Shown: positions 54,801 through 64,000 of the stretch, one piece after another | How positions within the stretch are numbered: the first letter of the stretch is position 1 | How the letters are laid out: each line of letters opens with the position of its first letter | Source: Asterias rubens | Taxonomy: Eukaryota | NCBI RefSeq assembly: GCF_902459465.1 | Contig: NC_047063.1 | Location: forward strand, 17,856,001 to 17,920,000 | Reading direction: 5' to 3' | DNA: 64,000 bases | Notes under the pieces: generated by a model | The model's database searches: none | The model's input: the letters and a program-made list of their open reading frames with translations, nothing else | What the model was told of the DNA's origin: nothing | Position numbers and translations under genes: made by a program

Positions 54801-57800
54801 AAGTTGATAACTATAATAAGCTTTAAAAATAAGTTAAGGTCTCGGAAGGTCACAACACAAGACCCCAGAACATTTTCTCCAAGAGAAAGACTGACTCTTC
54901 AAAAATCGAGACCTGGAAACAGCCGGTACCCCAACCAATTGGGTTGAAGGCCCGGTATAGATACCAAGACTGGGTTTGAGTCCATACAACTTAATTTCAT
55001 TCATTTATTAACTTCGCAGGTAAGAGCAAAAAGGAAAACATATAGACACATCCACATAGGAGAGAAACAAAAAAGTAGCACCCCTGATGGATTTCAAAAA
55101 AAGTAAACTAAATTACTATCTGGTCAGTTACATGATGCCACAATTTAGGAAACAGACAATATTAAAGAACATCATGGAAATTCTTAAAACATGGCTTACA
55201 GTTTAAAAAATATGAGAACTAATTTAAAACTATAAAAGCTCATAATGTGCATTTAGAAATGCAAATTTGGTAAAACTTTGACATCACTCTGTGTACTGTC
55301 CATTTGTGTTTCCTGAAGACGGAACAATCACATCAATCACTCTTCCGAATTCACATGAAGTCTGAACCCTTTTAATTATTATTCCAAATGACATTTAGGA
55401 TGTGCACTAACCACACTATGTATTTTGTTACCTCATAAATATGCAATTGTGCTTACCTTCTTTTGTTACCACAGCAATTAAAAAACATTTTGAAGTTGAA
55501 AATAGAAAATGACAAACTTGTGTTACCACAGAACAGTTGGAGCTTCCTTTTGGTAATTTTGGTTATGTAAACATCAATAACGGCTTTTTATTGGTGTGGT
55601 GTGCCACAGTTTATGTAAAAGGACATGTTAGCATTAGAAAGCTTCACCAACTTTATTTTCTGTAGAAATATTTTTTTTATCATCCTTCTGTGTACAGTGT
55701 ACCATATTTAATTTTTGTTGTTAGAAAACAGAATTAGCTTATGCAAAATGCTTACCAACCAAGATCATGTATAATTGGTTTGCGGTAGCACCATGTGTGT
55801 ATCTACTTGCCAGGTAGAGTTTGTTCTTAGAGAACTGTCTTGCTTTATTCTACTGCCGTGGAGTAGATAATCAGAGGTTCGGGAGACTTCCCAGTTCTGA
55901 ACGGAACTGTCCTGGTTTTTAACTATTACCAGGGCGGATGGTATAGAAAATAGACCATGTTGCTGGGTTAGTTTAATTACCACAGGTTGGAAACACAAAA
56001 TAATAAGATCAACCGAAAAGTTCATCATTATTGAGTGGGAAAGATTAATAATAAAAAAAAGGAGAAGGTACAATTAACAAAAGGTTGTTTAAAGGCACTG
56101 GACACTATTGGTCAAAACTTACTTGGTAACAAGCATTGGAGAGCTGTTGATAGTATAAAACATTGTGAGAAGCGGCTCCCTCTGAAGTAACACAGTTTTC
56201 GAGAAAGAAGTAATTTTCCACTTTAATATTTGAATTTGATTTTGAGACCTCAGAATTAGATTTTGAGCATCTGAGCACACAACTTCGTGTGACAAGGGTG
56301 TTTTTTCTTCCTTTATTATCTCACAACTTCGACGACCAATTGAGTCCAAATTTTCACATGTTTGTTATTTTGTGCAAATGTTGAGATACACCAATTATTA
56401 AGAAGACTGGTCTTTGACAATTACCAAAGGTGTACAGTGTCTTTAAAGGAGTGTAGCTCCCTTTTGGTGGTTTTAAGAATTGTCCTTCACACTCTAAACA
56501 AAATCCAACACCAAACTCAGCAGCCAAACTATTGGGTTCTAATTGTGGTATTAAATAGAGCTGCAAAAATCCTGCTTTAAAACAATTTCTGCTTAGCAGA
56601 ATTAAGCAAAATACCAGCCACAGACCATACAAGCGAGATGGTATTGTGGCTGGTAACCTTATTCTGGTAAGCATAACTTTGTTGTGCTTAGCTACTTTTT
56701 TGTGCTCAATCACCTCTATGAAATTGGGTCTTGATCCCATGTAAAGCCATGAACAGTTAACTGTGCGTCTTCAGTCTGTTGGTCCTTTCTCAGTGGTCCG
56801 ACAAAAACATGCAGAAGGTTCCGAGGCGGTTAGAGTTATAAACAATTTCGTTGTATGGCAAGACTATTTAGTGATTTAGTATTTTATTAATTTGCCGTTT
56901 TCATATCTACAAAATGAAAATGTCTAAAAACAGACCATACTCAAAAATTATTATGCGATGGACAAATTTATTTCCACTTGTAAGTTGGCTAGTTTCTATC
57001 ATAAATGGGATTACTATTCTGTTCTGTTCCAAGATTAATGTTCTAAGTGTTAATTCTTAAAAAAGCTGTGTCATGCTTTCACTATTACTGTATGTTTGTT
57101 TTGATGATCTGATGTACGACTTTGTGAAATGTTGTAAATAAACCATTGTCCCCCAGAAAAAAAAAAAAAAAAAAAACTATTTAGTGTCGTCACGCAAGGT
57201 CAGTTGTGGGGCACCTGTCTCTCCTTAGCGCTTGGAAACAATGGGGTCCTGGATTGAAGCATATGGTCAGGATATGAGTCAGGGTTGGAATGGGAATTTC
57301 CCAATCCCTGGACTCTCCGATCTACGTAGTTGGTTGCCTTTTATAAACTTTGAAAGGCTTGTTTGTTTGATTTGAGAGGAAAAAAGTGCACTTGACCAAG
57401 TTCTCGTTGACAGGGCAGACGATGTTGTGCGTAAGACGATTCCGAGATAATCTTGTCTGGTAGTCAAGTTGTTGAGACATCTACTTGAGATTGATGATTT
57501 TTTTTCCTCCACTTAATCTTTCTGTCTAGGGTCATGAGTTGGTCACTTTTCAAAATTACCATAAAGACTTCCTTGGTGAGAAGTATCGCAGCTGTTGATA
57601 GTATACAATGTTTGTTGATAGAATTCCCTTTGAAGTAATGGATAATGTTTAACCCCCAAATATTTGAACATGATAAAGGAATAATTTGTCACATTTTCTG
57701 AGGGCTGGTTTCTCTTCGTGAATGTGGTGGTTAGAGATGTGGTTGGTACCCACTCTCACCTTGCTAAATGGGATGGATTTTGCCTTCTTGTGAAAAATAA

Positions 57801-58368
57801 GGTCACTCAATGGCAGTTCCTTGCTGCGTTCTCGGGCAGCTGAAACATTCTCATTTGACTTTTATTGGATCTTTCTTGATAGCTTTGCCTGAAACTCAGC
57901 ATTTCAGTGACACAAACCAACTATCCCAGCCTTACCACCCGACCTACCCACCACAACCAAGATAGTAACTATCCATGGCTTTACCCTAGCTCCTACCATA
58001 GAGGAAGGACCTCTATGCTCCTACCCACACTCAGTAGCCCATGATCCCTACCTCCTGCCTTACCCTCTCCAACCAACCTCTTCAAACTCAGTAATAGCCT
58101 TTCCTGCCTACCCCCCCCCCCCCCGCCCCCCCCCCCCCCATTTAGTAACCCATGATCACTACCTCACCCCTCCTCTGTCCACTGCACCATACCTATCCCC
58201 CTTCCTAACCCACCACCACTCCCAACTCGGTCACAATCCCTGCCTCAAAGGACGACGTACAGGTGTCCTCTTTTTTCGTGTGTCCCTCTTCCAGTGAATG
58301 TTTCTTCCTATTTCCTGTTTTCCCGGTCCGAACAATCCTAGTTCCAGAACAATTCGTGTTCCATAACA
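51850..58368 (-). other. Candidate exons of an unidentified minus-strand transcript
   Basis: Splice-flanked open segments at 58368-58261 and 57839-57760 (AARERSKELPLSDLIFHKKAKSIPFSK). Possible terminal acceptors at 52287 or 52034, and tandem AATAAA at about 51866-51880. No protein family recognised. Confidence 0.25.
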
Positions 58369-61300
58369 CTGTTTGCCCCAATTTAACAAGCACGCAACAT
58401 CTCAGCTGATCAGCCAATATCCTCTTATTTGTTTGTTATAGAGCCATTAAAAACTGAAATGTGCAAGGCAGTTTCCGCAGTGTTTTCCTCTTTTTTAGGG
58501 GGGGGGGGAGCTGGGAATTACAAAGTTTCACATCTGTTTTTTAGAGTGCAAAGCCATATCTGTTTTTAAAAGTGCGAACTCCTGCTTCTGGTGTGTGACA
58601 TGATTATTTATTTATTACAAAACAAATAGTACAAAATTTCAAAGGAGTTTTAAAGCGTTTTCAAAAGTACATGCCTTTGGTGTGTGGTTTGCAATTACAA
58701 AGCCAAACATCACACTCAAACCACACCAGGCCGACTTGTGTAATGTTTGCTCAACTAAAAACCAGAAGATTGTGGTCGCAGGTCTTTTCCTGATACCTGT
58801 GATTTTTATTCAGCGTACTTGATGAATAATTATTAAAGTGCGCTGGTAGGTTAAAAACACCCATTGTCCTATTTACAGGTGCTTATAGGGATTGTTGTTG
58901 TGCCGAGAAAACAGGAAAAGCAATCTGGTTAGACCACAGGAATTTCAGCCCATGTAAAAATAGTCCACTGTGGATGAAATTGTATCCATATTTTCTTGGT
59001 GGGAAGGCAAGGAGGGGGGTTTGGTAATGATTAGTCAGAAATTGTCCAAATTCTTCTCATTGGAAACCAGAATATGTTTTTGGCCTGGAGTCTGAATTAG
59101 ATGTGATTTAAATTTGTGAAAATATTTCTGATTTTTTGATATTGCCTTGATGCAGTTTGTCCCCATACACCCTTTTTACTCATTATTTATACTATTTAGT
59201 TATCTATTTGTTTATTTCAGCTGGGTGGCCCATTCAATGATAACCACTGGTCTCCCAAGGGTCCCCATCATGTGCAGAGATACAAACAAAACTAAACAAT
59301 TAAAATAAAAAAAATAATAATAATAATAATTATTTTAGAAAAATAGCCACAAAATCTAGGAAACACATTTTTATTATTATTGTGGTTATATTTTATTTCT
59401 GGTTTATTAGGCTAAATGACTACAAGGTTTACAAATTAAGAATACTGTACATAAAATCACTCGAAATAAAAACCAGACTTGCACATGGAACTAACACATA
59501 ACAAGATAGCAATTTATACATCGCACATTAATTAAAAAGAACGTTATGTTTGGTTCAAAGTACAGACCAAGTAAGGTATGGGACAACTTATTCTGGGGTG
59601 TTTTTTCTTCATATAATTTCAAGAAGATGTTATTGTTTCTCAATTGAATTGTCTTTTATGTATTTTCAAATAGTAAATAAACCATTATACTCAGACACAT
59701 TACAGACTTTAAACAATAACAAAAGTAGTTTGATTTAGGCCACAGCTTAAAAGCCGAATTTATTCACGCACCAAATTGTGAAATGTTCCCCTAAGTAGAT
59801 TAGTAGTAGGTTATGAGCCGGACACCAAACACAGGGCAAACCGGCTAAACAGACACACATCAACCAATACATTACAACATAAATTTTGAGGACTACCTTC
59901 GTCCCCAAAACAAATATGGACACCACGTCCAACCAAACACAAATGAACTTACTCCAAAATTAAGCTGTGACAAACAATAATTATGCTCCCGCCAAACTTT
60001 CAGCCACTCAATTGCAAGACCAATCCTAATTGGTCAAGCATGTAAACCAAACCAACACAAACTTATGTAAGCCACGCTCCCATTGGTTGCTGAATACCCA
60101 ACATTACCATTCATAATACCACACACATGATATGCCATCGTGAAAATGCAAGCCATAGGGAAAAAACCTAGACTGGAACACAAGTCTCGCCATGACTCAT
60201 GTGAGCTAACACCAACAGGGAGCAATATGCAGAGTGTAAATAATTTTATCGCTTACGCGATAAAATGAATTATCATCATCATTTTGCACACCACATCCTC
60301 TTGGCTTGGGCAACCACTGACAGAACAAGTCAGAATCTGTCAATCTTGTTGCAAAGCTGATGCAAAGATCTTTCCTGTGGTCTTGGAGTGAGACCAAAGT
60401 GCATAGTTTTGATAAGCGCTCGATGGTATTCTATGATTATGTAGACTTGGTTCCAACTCTTCGATCGTGGCTTTTTAGTCGTTCTGATAGCCGCTACAAA
60501 CAGCGCCCTCTTGTGATCTTTCTTCGTGATAGCTAATAATGTTGGGGCGTTTTCGTGGCTGAGATGCAGAAGAATAACCGCGATCTGAGACTTGAGTCAA
60601 GTCTAATGATTATGAGGTGTAACATTGTATTTTGAATTGGATTGAAATGTTGATGTTTTTCTCTGTACAATATATTTTAGATTTGAGGAATTTTAGTGGA
60701 ATGCTTTTATTGGCGACCTGCTGTGTGAAGGGTCTGTGATGTCTGTCAAATAAATAGGTTATAAACTTGTTATTATTTCCTCTGATAAAAAAATTGGGCT
60801 TTTTGAAATCCCCACTGACAATATGTAATAATATCAAATTTACTTTTTGTGAGTTACACATAGACCAACTGACTAGATCGTGACTTAAACCTGAGACCTC
60901 CGGATGAACGTGCAAGTGCTCTACCTACTGAGCTCTCTCGCCCTTATGTTCTTATTTGTCAATATCTTTTTTCGGCTGTTGCAGCCAGAAGCCATGATGA
61001 AAGAAAAATCAGTTTAATTACTTAATAATTACTGCACTTTGTTTTGGGGGAAACTTTAAATTCAAAAATTGAGCTTCTTCTGTTTTGAAGATCATGCAAT
61101 AAATTTTTTGCTGATATTTTTGAAAAACTCTTCAAGTGTACAATTTAAGAACTACGGTACATTTTGTTGTTCATTTGTTTGTGTTTGTGGTGGGGAGGGG
61201 CTATGCCATTTCCCCTGTGTAATGCTTTTACTTAGTTAATAAAGACTGAAGGTGGATCTGAACAGAGGCCATGGTCTCCAAGGCCTGCATGTAATTCCAG

Positions 61301-61542
61301 CCTTGCTATCATGAGGACTCTATGACTAAAGAATGAGTACATCACAAACTGAATTTGACATTAAAACCTTCCCCTTTAACCCTCGTAGACTTACTCAAGT
61401 ATCCCCTGGGAGTTGGGTATTAGTCTGGGATACCCCTGGGTATTACATACTGAGTGTTCATTGTTCCCTGGAGAATTGTGGCACACATTTAACGGAACAT
61501 TGGGTGGCTAGGGGTTAAAGTCCCTGGGTATTTCTTTGGGTT

Positions 61543-61658
61543 CTACTTCCTTGGAGGTGGCTCTGCATCCTGGTTTTTTGTGGGGGCACTTGACGGAGTT
61601 GTTGAAACCGCTTCACACTGTCTAGCCAAGGATCACGCCCAGAGGTATCCTATCAGAC
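61543..61658 (-). other. Possible terminal coding exon of a gene extending beyond the window
   Basis: Acceptor gtttcag| at 61658. Reads GLIGYLWA(TGA)SLARQCEAVSTTPSSAPTKNQDAEPPPRK*. The downstream minus strand is U/G-rich with AATAAA sites at about 59370-59410 and 58610. The frame is ambiguous. Confidence 0.2.
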
Positions 61659-64000
61659 CTGAAACGTGGCAGTTCATGACTCATTCACATTTTTTTTAAA
61701 AGTGGTAATGTCTTTTCTATATCTTCATCGCAGCACTAAATCAAAGAAACTCCTTGCGTGAGAACAAATGCACTTTTCCCAAAACAACTGTTTAACATCC
61801 AGGGCTCAAGAAACCCATCGGACCATCACATGCCATCCACGTAGCATAAGCCAGTAATTTTCCAATGGAATATGTAGTGCGGTCTTGTGTTTTTCCAAAC
61901 ACTTAAAGATTTACTACTTTCTAGATTTTCAGGAGCAAACCTACTACTAGAAATTCAGCAAATTTCAGAGAAAAAAACATTTGTTCTTGTGAAGAGAGAG
62001 AGAGAGAGATCTGAGAACAGGGCACAATTTTATGTATCTGCTTAAACAGAAAACATTGCTGAAAAATATTCTGCTAAGCTAGAGAAGAAAAGGCAACACA
62101 CCAGCCACTTATTGTACTTTGGATATTTTGGCTGATAACCATATTATTGTATTAAGCACAACTGTGTTTTACTTAGCTACTGTTTGCGCTTAACGCCTCT
62201 ATGGAGCTGCTTAAGCACAAAATGCTTACCAGAACTCAAGGTTACCAACCAAAATAGCATTCAACATGTACCAATTACTGGTATCCTGTTTATTTTTGCT
62301 GAGCAGAAAATGTTTGACGCACTATGTTATGCTGAAATGCAATAGAGACCTGTACTCTAGTGGATTTTTTTTTTTTTTCTAAAAATCCTGAAAGTTCATT
62401 TCCATCAAGGGAACTTTTGGTGTAAACAAACTTCACGACAATGAAAAGTCCTTGACGATGTGATAACATTAATGGAATGGAAGTGCATGTCGCTGCTGGG
62501 GCGCCAAACTCTGCTAATTGCTGACTTCCTTTTGTTTGTCGCTGTCATGAATTGTTACTGTGAAATCTTACATCATTGTTCGATGATGTAATGCATAATC
62601 CAGCTCGTTAAAAATGATTAGATGGAACAATAGAGGTTTGGATAATTTATCCAATTGTCAAACCAGATGTCAAAAGGCATTTATAATTTGTGTTTGCCCT
62701 TACACCGATGTTTATTAAGCACTGTATACTCGGTACTTTTTCAAGTTCTGTGAAGAAAAAAAATCCACAGGCAAATTACTTAGATGGGATTTGAACCAAC
62801 AACCCTTGCATTGCTAGAGCAGATGTCTTACCACTGAGCCACTGAACCACTGAGCTAGCCTGATGGCTAGAGGCTAGATTTTTGCATCGATGATAAACAT
62901 GAACATTTAGTTTTAACCCCATTACCACATAATTGTTTTATAGTATTATTAAAACATACAAGTCCTTCACGGCATCAGATTTCTGACAGTCTATTTATTT
63001 ATTTTTTTAATGAGTAAATGACACAGCAAAGAACACAAGTGCTTCATGATTTCTCTGAACGATCTAAACACATGATCTGATGGGACAGTGACATGAGTGA
63101 ATCACTGAAACACAATCCCCAAGCTTTGGGGATTGTGTAAGGAATGGTGTTGACATTTTCAGTAATTGCATCAGCTTCTTGGTCAGGATTTAGAATTGGT
63201 CAGGGCCTGATTTAGAAACAGGGATTCCAAGTTTGCAGTAAATTTTTAAAAGGTGCAATATAGTAACTAAGAATTTATTTATTTGCTATTTGTTTAACCT
63301 GGGAAACACTGTTCAAAGGTGCCTAGCAATCATTCATTAATTACAAAAATAATTAAAACATTGTAGAGAAATCTCAACTTCATTGTCCAAATTTAAGTTA
63401 TTTGTTGTAAGTATGAAAAGTGGGTATTAAACAAGGCTTTCCTAAAGGCCTGGAAATGTTACTTATGTGGTTGGTACCCAGTTTATTGCTGTTTTCTCAA
63501 CAAGTGGACACTGCAGTCAGCTGAAACTTTCACATGTGACTTTTGTTGTATCTTTCTTAAAAATGTGGTCTGTACACAAAAAAGTACTAATCTATGACCC
63601 TAACTTTAAATTACAATAGCCTGTTTCACACAAGCTTTCTAAACCATGGTAGTTGGGAACGAGATCGCATTCCCGTTATAAAAGTTAAGTGAAAAAAATC
63701 TGTGTGATATAGAAAGGTTTGCGGTAACACCATGTAATGACTATCTCTAATGAGTTGGGGTGGTTCTGAAAAGAACCGTTGGTTTCAACTCAGTTATATC
63801 GTATTTCCACCATGCAAAGTTTCAAATCCTCCTTAATCCGTGGGATGAAATTATAAATAACCGGGATCAAAAACTCCTCAAAAAGTAAAACATATTCAGG
63901 TTTTGTGTTGTCAACTTTATACATTAAATAAGAAAATAGTGATAAACCTCATGCACATTTTTCAGCATCTAAATGCAGTTGTCCCTAATTTAGTTTGCAG

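Noticed and set aside
61645-61652. Plus-strand U12-like donor GTATCCTA
   Set aside because: It deviates from RTATCCTT, and no supported plus-strand exon or U12 branch site was found.

Overview
This is AT-rich, intron-rich animal genomic DNA, not prokaryotic. An invertebrate deuterostome such as a sea star is my best guess, but that is inference only. I could rebuild five complete spliced housekeeping genes by hand, with every exon phase-compatible, in alternating orientation: RPS23 (+), TIMM17 (-), RAD18 (+), PRPF18 (-) and NOL8 (+). TIMM17/RAD18 and PRPF18/NOL8 are head-to-head pairs. The introns are packed with non-autonomous DNA transposons (TTAA-flanked Kolobok-like and TWA-flanked Harbinger-like MITEs), tRNA-derived SINEs and L2/CR1 LINE fragments. 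The main points of interest are a textbook U12 (minor) intron inside the splicing-factor gene PRPF18, a GC-AG intron in TIMM17, and an oriented AGCGCCCTC motif at all three promoter regions. Also notable are several near-perfect intronic hairpins, inverted MITE pairs flanking NOL8 exons, and a speculative minus-strand in-frame TGA paired with a SECIS-like hairpin near 61.3-61.7 kb. No protein gene could be confidently assigned in 50.1-64 kb. Most ORFs in the supplied track are spurious.
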